Shown here: positions 1 to 6,228 of the stretch, one piece after another
Layout of the letters: every line of letters begins with the position of its first letter
How positions within the stretch are numbered: the first letter of the stretch is position 1
Virus record (IMG/VR): IMGVR_UViG_3300027710_000009
DNA: 64,000 nt
Source of the DNA: a virus
Lineage: Duplodnaviria > Heunggongvirae > Uroviricota > Caudoviricetes
Reading direction: 5' to 3' (one strand)
Translations under genes and position numbers: made by a program
The notes under the pieces: model-generated
The model's database searches: none
The model's input: the letters and a program-made list of their open reading frames with translations, nothing else
What the model was told of the DNA's origin: nothing

Positions 1-34
1 CCAACCCTAGACCATACGGATGCCTAGAGCGACA

Positions 35-55
35 CTAGAGTTTACCTCGTTTCAT
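35..55 (-). CDS. Minigene MKRGKL*
   Basis: AAGGAG Shine-Dalgarno (67-62), then ATG AAA CGA GGT AAA CTC TAG, followed by a long hairpin running off the window edge. Confidence 0.4.
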   Translation of the reverse strand: MKRGKL

Positions 56-78
56 GTCAATCTCCTTGATTAAATAAA

Positions 79-269
79 ATGCTCTGCGAACCCCGGTGGT
101 AATTATACCGTATCAGACCTTTGGAGTCATCACGCACGGCCTCCACCCACTTCCCGACGGGTTCCGTTGTCGCATTGCCAGCGGCCTTTCGGTAGGAAGA
201 CTACCACCCTTGGCTATCACACCACTTCTCATCGTGCGGGTCACACTATCTGCTGATTAGGCAGAACGT
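79..269 (-). ncRNA. ~190-nt structured ncRNA, possibly manA-motif-like
   Basis: No credible ORF; GC-rich; ends pair (GTTCTGC/GCAGAGC); internal hairpins; lies in the tRNA cluster. manA resemblance is from recall only. Confidence 0.5.
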
Positions 270-331
270 TCTAGCTACAGGACACTTGTGTTGTTTAAGC
301 CTGAGCACGGATGCAAGGCTCCTCTAAAAAT

Positions 332-406
332 TGGCGGTGCCAAGGGGTAACGATCCCCTTCTTCGAGCGTGACAGGCTCGTGTGCGTCCATGAACACTTT
401 GGCACC
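332..406 (-). tRNA. tRNA-Asp(GTC)
   Basis: Cloverleaf GGTGCCA...TGGCACC-G-CCA; anticodon loop CT-GTC-AC; atypical T-loop ATCGTTA. Confidence 0.9.
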
Positions 407-412
407 TAAAAA

Positions 413-488
413 TGGTACACGGTACGGGAATCGAACCCGTCTTACTAACGTGAAAGGCTAGTGTCCTAAACCGATAGACGAACCGTGC
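413..488 (-). tRNA. tRNA-Glu(TTC)
   Basis: Cloverleaf; loop CT-TTC-AC; GGTTCGATTCC; CCA encoded. Confidence 0.93.
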
Positions 489-493
489 ATAAA

Positions 494-578
494 TGGTGGA
501 GGTGGCTGGACTTGAACCAACAATGCACAAGGGCGGCGGATTTACAGTCCACTGGGGATACCATTTTCCTACACCTCC
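494..578 (-). tRNA. tRNA-Tyr(GTA)
   Basis: Cloverleaf with long variable arm; loop CT-GTA-AA; CCA encoded. Confidence 0.93.
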
Positions 579-586
579 AAATTTTT

Positions 587-720
587 ACCATATAGAAACA
601 CACTCGGCTCCCCTTACAACCTTGTTCCTGTCAATTCAGGATGCACCTGGAATGAACCCAGCGGATCTCCTTGGTTGTTTGTATCTGTCAATTCAGATTG
701 AAAATGTGTTCTTATATAAT
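587..720 (-). ncRNA. Stem-bracketed small RNA cassette 1
   Basis: Arms 703-720 and 587-604 pair on the minus strand (G-U pairs, one mismatch); two internal hairpins share the loop AATTGA. Confidence 0.55.
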
Positions 721-804
721 ACCATATAGAAACACACTGGCTGTTGCTTGTCATTGTCTTTAACTACCTCTCGGTGGCGGTAGACCAGTGTGTTTTTATA
801 TGGT
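721..804 (-). ncRNA. Stem-bracketed small RNA cassette 2
   Basis: 20-bp terminal stem ACCATATAAAAACACACTGG/CCAGTGTGTTTCTATATGGT with one mismatch; 18-nt arm identical to cassette 1. Confidence 0.55.
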
Positions 805-1687
805 GGAGGACTGAGAATACATCTCTCCCATAAGCACCTCAAGCATTATTGTACACCTTGCGAGCGTACTTTCTCTTGACTTCCACTCGGGTCCTTGCGG
901 ATCTCCTAGTCTGCTTACAGTATCGCCGTTTTTAACGTCAAGCAGTAGACGTGTCATCATATGCTATTCTGCGGATTCCATTCCGTTAGCCTTGCGAGCT
1001 ATTCAGGTGCGCTAACACCTTACGAACCCCCCTCCACAAACTAATGTCACCTTGCGAGCTTCATTAGACTTGATTCACTTGCGTGTCAAGTATTAGATAC
1101 TTTTCACATATGACCGAGGCAGTCTTTGCGTTTTTGTAATGATAGTTGGGATTTGAACCCGACTGCATCCAGCTTAAAAGGCTAGCGTTCAACCATTGAA
1201 CTTTATCAACCTACCGTGATGAGCTACCTCTGTTGCTATATAATCTTTTGGACTACATAATACAACTCACCACATACCTTTCCTCTTGCGGAGTAATCAG
1301 TGATGTTTCACGACCAGTGTCCTGCTTCAAAACAGTCCACCACCCATTAACATTGCACACGAGCCCTTGGGTGCAACCCCTCGAACCAATATACTACCCT
1401 TTCTCATACCTGTTGACAAGTTGGTTTTGTATGGAAGTCAGCACCACCTGTTACTTTTCATGCACCCTGGTTCCCTTACGGGCCAGTCGATACACATTCT
1501 TCCCCATACACTTGCTTCACAGTTACAACCACCGGTCTTATCAGTGATCGCTACCTTGCGATAGTGAGCAGGCTTGTTTACATGAACCATCTCTGGCGCA
1601 GGAGTGTAGGACTCATCTGCTTTGGGTAGGTCACCCTACTTATTCTTCGTAGACGGCAAGCCGCCTACAGGACAATAAACTGCCCCG
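801..1687 (-). ncRNA. GOLLD-like giant structured RNA
   Basis: ~890 nt without a credible ORF inside a tRNA cluster; at least 7 C(GCAA)G tetraloop hairpins on the minus strand; internal tRNA-like domain; AGGTGGTGCTG and 3' TGTATTCTCAG motifs that I recall from GOLLD; ends in CCACCA. Confidence 0.8.
1140..1208 (-). tRNA. tRNA-Lys(TTT)-like domain embedded in the GOLLD-like RNA (no CCA, short acceptor stem)
   Basis: D arm GTTC/GAAC; anticodon arm CTAGC-CTTTTAA-GCTGG; T arm GGG-TTCAAAT-CCC; closing stem only TGATA/TATCA. Confidence 0.7.
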
Positions 1688-1690
1688 AAA

Positions 1691-1817
1691 CTTTATTTGT
1701 TCTGCCATCTGCACTATATGCCTCGCTCAACAGCTTTACTCGAGTTTACTGTTTATTGCTTTGGTTACATAACGCTTGATCTTGCCTCTGTGCTTACAGA
1801 AGGCAGAACAAATAAAG
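1691..1817 (-). ncRNA. Small RNA candidate bracketed by a perfect 16-bp inverted repeat
   Basis: CTTTATTTGTTCTGCC (1691-1706) and GGCAGAACAAATAAAG (1802-1817); strand inferred from context. Confidence 0.45.
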
Positions 1818-1818
1818 C

Positions 1819-2030
1819 CCATATCAAAACATACTACAGGAACTCCACTTACCTCACAGGACCGTCTCCTGCTACTTCCGTTTCGTCATTACAGTCTAAC
1901 ATACTCCACCGTGTCATACTTGGGTTTCCCCTCAACTTTCATGTGACTTGCACAGAGCCAGTCCGTCAACTGGTTATCCTCAGTGCAAGCACCTAGTGGT
2001 GTTAGCAACCTCTAATACATTTAGATATGG
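1819..2030 (-). ncRNA. Stem-bracketed small RNA cassette 3 (GGA-rich)
   Basis: CCATATCTAAATGTATT pairs with AGTATGTTTTGATATGG (3 G-U pairs, mismatch at the same position as cassettes 1 and 2). Confidence 0.55.
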
Positions 2031-2104
2031 TGCCCAAGGAGAGACTCGAACTCTCAAAATTTGGCTTCTAAGACCAACACGTATACCAATTCCGTCACCT
2101 GGGC
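2028..2104 (-). tRNA. tRNA-Leu(TAG) with short variable loop
   Basis: 77-nt cloverleaf; loop CT-TAG-AA; 5-nt variable region; CCA encoded. Confidence 0.9.
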
Positions 2105-2165
2105 ATTGCTTTTTAACGATGTTAAAGAACATTTGTTCGTCTGCAAACGATGTTGCAGTTGGGTT

Positions 2166-2194
2166 AGTGTAACTGCAATTTGCATTGCTGTCAA
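2166..2194 (-). promoter_or_regulatory. sigma70-type promoter
   Basis: TTGACA-17-TACACT. Confidence 0.8.
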
Positions 2195-2267
2195 CTAATT
2201 TTTCTACTGTGTTGCAAAACAACAACAGCACCCTTGTTAGCAACACGATGTTTGCTACAGTTTCACA

Positions 2268-2296
2268 AGTATATGTGATCCTGGCATTGCTGTCAA
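2268..2296 (-). promoter_or_regulatory. sigma70-type promoter
   Basis: TTGACA-17-TATACT. Confidence 0.8.
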
Positions 2297-2391
2297 CTGC
2301 TTTTTTAACATGTTGCAAAAATACTACACTGGTTGTTGACTTTGCAACACTTACAGATTCACAGTCGGTAAGTCATGTTCGTCCAATGTAG

Positions 2392-2455
2392 GTATCAAAG
2401 CACTCTTCATGGATGAACCCACTTGTCCCCTCGCGGGTAGAGAATGCTTTGATAC
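2392..2455 (-). ncRNA. Stem-bracketed small RNA cassette 4
   Basis: 15-bp stem GTATCAAAGCATTCT/AGAGTGCTTTGATAC, related in sequence to the cassette 1-3 arms; inner hairpin ACCCGC-GAGGGGACAA-GTGGGT. Confidence 0.5.
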
Positions 2456-2575
2456 GTTACCATTTTACCATCTGCGTTTCCACCACAGACTTCTCATCCG
2501 GTAAGCCGCCCACATTAATAGCCGATGTTTTGAGTGCCAGCAGGGTCGCGTTCCCTATACACACTTTTCATGATC

Positions 2576-2614
2576 CTAAAAACAAAAAACCCCAGGGTTT
2601 TAAGCCTAGGGTCC
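2576..2614 (-). terminator. Intrinsic terminator (attenuator)
   Basis: ACCCTAGG-loop-CCTGGGGT followed by TTTTTGTTTTT; its left arm can alternatively pair with 2654-2665. Confidence 0.8.
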
Positions 2615-2639
2615 TTGGAGTTTGCTGAGTTAATTTGTG

Positions 2640-2780
2640 TTAACTGTGCGAGTCTCCTGGACCCTTGGTGCCTGGTAGTGTGCGATCATTACTAATCTCA
2701 GTCGCAGACCACAAGGCCACTGGCATAAATGAATATGCTTGGCTATGCTGTTTGCAGTTGAGAACGAATGTCGGTTTCAT
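2640..2780 (-). CDS. Putative attenuator leader peptide, 46 aa (MKPTFVLNCKQHSQAYSFMPVALWSATEISNDRTLPGTKGPGDSHS)
   Basis: AAAGGA SD with a 12-nt spacer; promoter directly upstream; 3' codons overlap the antiterminator strand; below the ORF-track cut-off. Confidence 0.65.
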   Translation of the reverse strand: MKPTFVLNCKQHSQAYSFMPVALWSATEISNDRTLPGTKGPGDSHS

Positions 2781-2834
2781 TTTGTTTCTTTTTCCTTTGA
2801 TACTCAGTACATTATTGCACTGTGTAAGTCTTGT

Positions 2835-2863
2835 ATTGTAGAGATATTTAGCAATGCTGTCAA
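2835..2863 (-). promoter_or_regulatory. sigma70-type promoter with an embedded TAAATA late box
   Basis: TTGACA-gcattgcTAAATAtctc-TACAAT. Confidence 0.8.
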
Positions 2864-2909
2864 CCTCTTATGGTTTATTTAGTCTTTTGTTGTTTTTTCA
2901 CAATGTATC

Positions 2910-2999
2910 TGGTCCCCCGTTGCAGAATCGAACTGCATCCTGGACCTTATCTAGATTAATCGTGTATAAAACGACCTGCTCTCCATGAGCTAACGGGGG
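2910..2999 (-). tRNA. Atypical tRNA, anticodon TAT (Ile-like), with long variable arm
   Basis: CCCCCGT/ACGGGGG-A-CCA acceptor; GCTC/GAGC D arm; GGTCGT-TTTATAC-ACGATT; extra arm; TGCAG-TTCGATT-CTGCA. Confidence 0.7.
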
Positions 3000-3009
3000 A
3001 TTAAAAACT

Positions 3010-3094
3010 TGGTACCCCCGACCGGACTCGAACCGGTACGCCTCAACGGCGGCAGATTTTAAGTCTGCTATGTCTACCATTCCATCACAGGGGC
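3010..3094 (-). tRNA. tRNA-Leu(TAA)
   Basis: Class II cloverleaf; loop CT-TAA-AA; CCA encoded. Confidence 0.93.
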
Positions 3095-3155
3095 ACGATC
3101 ATCATAAAGATGATATTCGTAATCGGCCTATGTAGAATGGAGTGTTCATGTGTGT

Positions 3156-3184
3156 ACTATAACTTGAATATTTATTTATGTCAA
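3156..3184 (-). promoter_or_regulatory. sigma70-type promoter with embedded TAAATA boxes
   Basis: TTGACA-17-TATAGT. Confidence 0.7.
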
Positions 3185-3658
3185 CCGCGATTCTTCAATT
3201 TCTAACCAGGTGTGGTCACCCATGTATTTCACTTGCGTTTGGTATTCGTAGTCTTCGGGTGCAGAGCTTGACCAATCGTTAGGCCCATGGTGTGTCAGTA
3301 GAACATGTTGTTTGCGCTTGTCCCAGACCAACCAGTAAGTCTGGCCCATCACAGGACTGAACTGATATACAGCGGCATGCACTGCATCTGTGACATCTAG
3401 TCGTCGTTTGATTGACTGTGCTTGTTTTTCCAGTACTGAGACCAGTTCCATGATCCTGTCGTACTCTTGCTGGGCATACATCCTAGCATGGTTGATCATG
3501 AGATCTTTTTGCTGTGTAACGGGCACAAGATCAAACTTGGGTCCACCTGCTTCAGTTGGGTAAGGTGTTACATTACGATTAAAAAACGGAATAATCCCGC
3601 CTGTGGTGGTAGAGTCATAACTGTCTCTGCCCTTGGCTAGGTTTGATTTTTTTTCCAT
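3176..3658 (-). CDS. Conserved hypothetical protein (DUF2452-like)
   Basis: 160-aa ORF; YPTEAGGPKF motif, coiled coil, FSPVMGQTYWL; family from recall. Confidence 0.6.
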   Translation of the reverse strand: MEKKSNLAKGRDSYDSTTTGGIIPFFNRNVTPYPTEAGGPKFDLVPVTQQKDLMINHARMYAQQEYDRIMELVSVLEKQAQSIKRRLDVTDAVHAAVYQFSPVMGQTYWLVWDKRKQHVLLTHHGPNDWSSSAPEDYEYQTQVKYMGDHTWLEIEESRLT

Positions 3659-3674
3659 GTAATTACTTATGTCT

Positions 3675-3749
3675 TGGTCCGGCGTGAAGGAATCGAACCC
3701 TCATTCTGGGAGTAGAAATCCCATGCATTATCCATTATACTAACGCCAG
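3675..3749 (-). tRNA. tRNA-Arg(TCT)
   Basis: Cloverleaf; TGGGA-TTTCTAC-TCCCA; CCA encoded. Confidence 0.92.
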
Positions 3750-3754
3750 ATGTT

Positions 3755-3829
3755 TGGTGGGCTCACTGTGAATTGAACACAGACTCAATCGATTATGAGT
3801 CGACTGCTTTACCATTAAGCTATGAGCCC
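3755..3829 (-). tRNA. tRNA-CAT, probably Ile2 (lysidine type); Met not excluded
   Basis: GGGCTCA acceptor; TCGA-CTCATAA-TCGA arm typical of Ile2; CCA encoded. Confidence 0.85.
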
Positions 3830-3837
3830 AAATTGCT

Positions 3838-3866
3838 ATTGTATGATTTATTTAGATTGCTGTCAA
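3838..3866 (-). promoter_or_regulatory. sigma70-type promoter with an embedded TAAATA
   Basis: TTGACA-gcaatcTAAATAaatca-TACAAT. Confidence 0.8.
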
Positions 3867-3869
3867 CCG

Positions 3870-5204
3870 TCATCTAGCACGTGGAAACACGGGTCTCTGT
3901 GCAGATGGTGCTGGTGTTGCCGCTGTTTGCGCTGATGGCGCCATGGTTCGTGCTGGTATTGCAACCGGAGCTGGTGCTGTTGCATCAGGTTCTGATTTTT
4001 TGGTTTTAGGAAACATTTTGTAAACCATTTTACCAATTTTGGCTGGATCGGTCCCTTTGGTGTATTCTTGTGCAATCATATTAGTTATGTTGGCAATAGA
4101 TTGCGGATCCGACACACCTCGCTCATAGGCCATTTCTTTGGCTGCTGCCTGAGCAATGGTCATAATTTTTTGTTTAGATAACTTTTGCCCAGTTTGTGGC
4201 AAAGATTTGGCCACGTCAAAACGTCCAGCACGTATAGACGCACCCGGTGCTAGTTCCACTTGCGGCATCATTTCTGCTTCTGGTGCCAGAATGTAAGCAG
4301 TTTTCACGCTGATCTGGCCTTCCATGTCGTCAAAGTCTTTGAAGTATTGTACTTGTTCTGTGGGCAGGTCCATGATCAACATGCCTTCAAATTGACTGTA
4401 CTTTTTGTAGTTATTATAACCAACCCTGGCAATGGCACGTAGGATGGAGTTTTCATCACCGTCCATGAGTGCTTTTTGATATTCACCATTGGGCACATGA
4501 TTGAATGTGCCGTCTGCAATGGCTTTACAAACTGTTTTTAAGTTCTTGGGATTGATTCTTGGACGAATAGTGTTTACCCAGTTGTCCAAACCCACACGAT
4601 CACCAATTTTTACAAGGCGGCCTGCTGAGTTTGCAATAGCACTACGAATACCTGTTAGATCTAAGTTGGCTTTGCGGGCATTGATCCAGCGGCCACCTTT
4701 GGCTGCACGTGCTTTGACTTCAACTGGCATCTTGTTAACGATAATATCGCCGCCGCCTTTGATACGGCCACTCCAGGCAATGTTGGGATGTAGTACTGCC
4801 AGTGCCACCTCGCACGGACCCACACCTTGCGCAGTTAATTCTGTTGATAAATCTTTGAATAACTCTTTACCAAATCCTGTGCCAATTACGTCGTCAAATG
4901 AATGCAACGATCCGTCTAACAGTTTACCTACATCGATTCCGTTGCCGTTTTTTACAAGCTCTAGGAAAGCATCTTTTTCTTCAATTGGAGCATCAATGTC
5001 AATGATTGAACGTGCGATCTTTGATAGAAACACACTGGCGTCAGCATCTTTGCCCAGCACTGATTTGATGCGTTCTTCAATGTTTCCTGCTTTGAGCGTT
5101 CGCAAGACTTTTTGCAGAACAGATGGATCATCGGTGGATTTTACCACTGCGATAATCTCTTTCTTAAGTGCAGGATCTTCTAGTACCAGGTCTGTATAGC
5201 GCAT
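3870..5204 (-). CDS. Hypothetical protein with a PD-(D/E)XK-like motif; possible internal head protein
   Basis: 444 aa; GVGPCE...GGGDIIVNKMPVEVK; N-terminus MRYTDLVLE; TAAATA at 5225-5230. Confidence 0.55.
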   Translation of the reverse strand: MRYTDLVLEDPALKKEIIAVVKSTDDPSVLQKVLRTLKAGNIEERIKSVLGKDADASVFLSKIARSIIDIDAPIEEKDAFLELVKNGNGIDVGKLLDGSLHSFDDVIGTGFGKELFKDLSTELTAQGVGPCEVALAVLHPNIAWSGRIKGGGDIIVNKMPVEVKARAAKGGRWINARKANLDLTGIRSAIANSAGRLVKIGDRVGLDNWVNTIRPRINPKNLKTVCKAIADGTFNHVPNGEYQKALMDGDENSILRAIARVGYNNYKKYSQFEGMLIMDLPTEQVQYFKDFDDMEGQISVKTAYILAPEAEMMPQVELAPGASIRAGRFDVAKSLPQTGQKLSKQKIMTIAQAAAKEMAYERGVSDPQSIANITNMIAQEYTKGTDPAKIGKMVYKMFPKTKKSEPDATAPAPVAIPARTMAPSAQTAATPAPSAQRPVFPRAR

Positions 5205-5234
5205 TGTTTAACTCGTAATAAGAGTATTTATGCG

Positions 5235-5984
5235 CTAGTGATCAATACGGTAAAGAGCTTTGTCCAGCCACGGAAACAGCGCATCCTGCTGGCGCACATG
5301 CCCGTAAGTGCGAACACTGTTGGCAATGCTGTCGTTTACCAAGCCTTTTTCTATTAGCTCAAACCATGTGGTTTTTGCCGGATCCATAGGAGCAACATCT
5401 GATTTGAACACAGCCACATGCAACCAAGGATCATCTATGGCCTTGCGAAAATACGCATCTTTACAATCAAATCCATTCACAGCCAGCATGTACAGCATGG
5501 TCACAAATGTATGATTAAAAAACTGAAAATTTTCGCCACGACTTTGCCAGCGTCCGTATTCATGATAGGTCAGCATGGGCATGCCCAGATACAGCATGCC
5601 GTTTACATTCATTTGTTCGCTGAACAGTCGCATGGTTTTTATTGGATTCACTGCATACTGAAATGCATCGTGACACCAGATTACATCAACAGTCTGTGGT
5701 AAACATGCTGTTTCAAAATCTTTTTGGATGTACAACATGTTGGTTGGTTGCTCAAAGTCAATCAACTTTGGCCTGCGATCCACTGCATAGCATTGCAGAT
5801 TCAACGGATCTCGTACATCATCTCTGGTGGATGCTTGTGCCCACCAAAGTGTATCCAGACATGCACCAGCACCCATGTCTGCTACGCTACTGATACTTTC
5901 CATGAACGTATCATGTTCTCGTAAGAGATTCAACACCATTTGACTATGGTTGTGACTTTGTATTGCATTATCAAACTGAGCCAT
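5235..5984 (-). CDS. SAM-dependent methyltransferase-fold protein
   Basis: VADMGAG motif I; VDVIWCHDAFQY...P; NGMLYL. Confidence 0.7.
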   Translation of the reverse strand: MAQFDNAIQSHNHSQMVLNLLREHDTFMESISSVADMGAGACLDTLWWAQASTRDDVRDPLNLQCYAVDRRPKLIDFEQPTNMLYIQKDFETACLPQTVDVIWCHDAFQYAVNPIKTMRLFSEQMNVNGMLYLGMPMLTYHEYGRWQSRGENFQFFNHTFVTMLYMLAVNGFDCKDAYFRKAIDDPWLHVAVFKSDVAPMDPAKTTWFELIEKGLVNDSIANSVRTYGHVRQQDALFPWLDKALYRIDH

Positions 5985-6228
5985 GTGTCAATATCTCAAC
6001 TATTATTTTTTCTCTGTAGCTTTTTAATCTTGACTCAAATTGGTAGATAGACTCTGCGGTGTCCGTGTGCGTTGGATTCCATGAAAGATTCCTGGACATA
6101 TAATTTGCCCAGTGTTCAAGTGCATCTCTTTCAATTTGCAAATTGATAGCATCGCTTTTGGGCTTGGCATTTTTGCACAAGGTCCATTCTTCCAACAGTT
6201 GTTCGCCACGTTGCTGTATGGTCATCAA
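5971..6228 (-). CDS. Hypothetical protein
   Basis: 85-aa ORF overlapping its neighbours in the operon. Confidence 0.6.
   Translation of the reverse strand: MMTIQQRGEQLLEEWTLCKNAKPKSDAINLQIERDALEHWANYMSRNLSWNPTHTDTAESIYQFESRLKSYREKIIVEILTHGSV

Noticed and set aside
1-23. tRNA 5' end (GCATCCGTA) at the window edge
   Set aside because: No D-arm pattern follows; better explained as part of the hairpin after the minigene. Cannot be settled within this window.
626-698. TTGACA copies in cassette 1 as promoters
   Set aside because: No -10 box at 16-18 bp; they sit in RNA hairpins.
587-804. CRISPR array suggested by the repeated ACCATATAGAAACACACT
   Set aside because: Only two exact copies; spacing is long and irregular; each copy pairs with a distal arm; no cas genes in the window.
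801-1687. tmRNA, group I intron or rRNA fragment as the identity of the giant RNA
   Set aside because: No tag ORF or terminal T-arm, no interrupted host gene, and no recognisable rRNA motifs.
324-2628. Track ORFs across the RNA island (e.g. 324-530, 493-729, 1233-1547, 1697-1996, 1980-2318, 2413-2628)
   Set aside because: They overlap tRNAs, structured RNAs or promoters, lack SDs and give implausible proteins.
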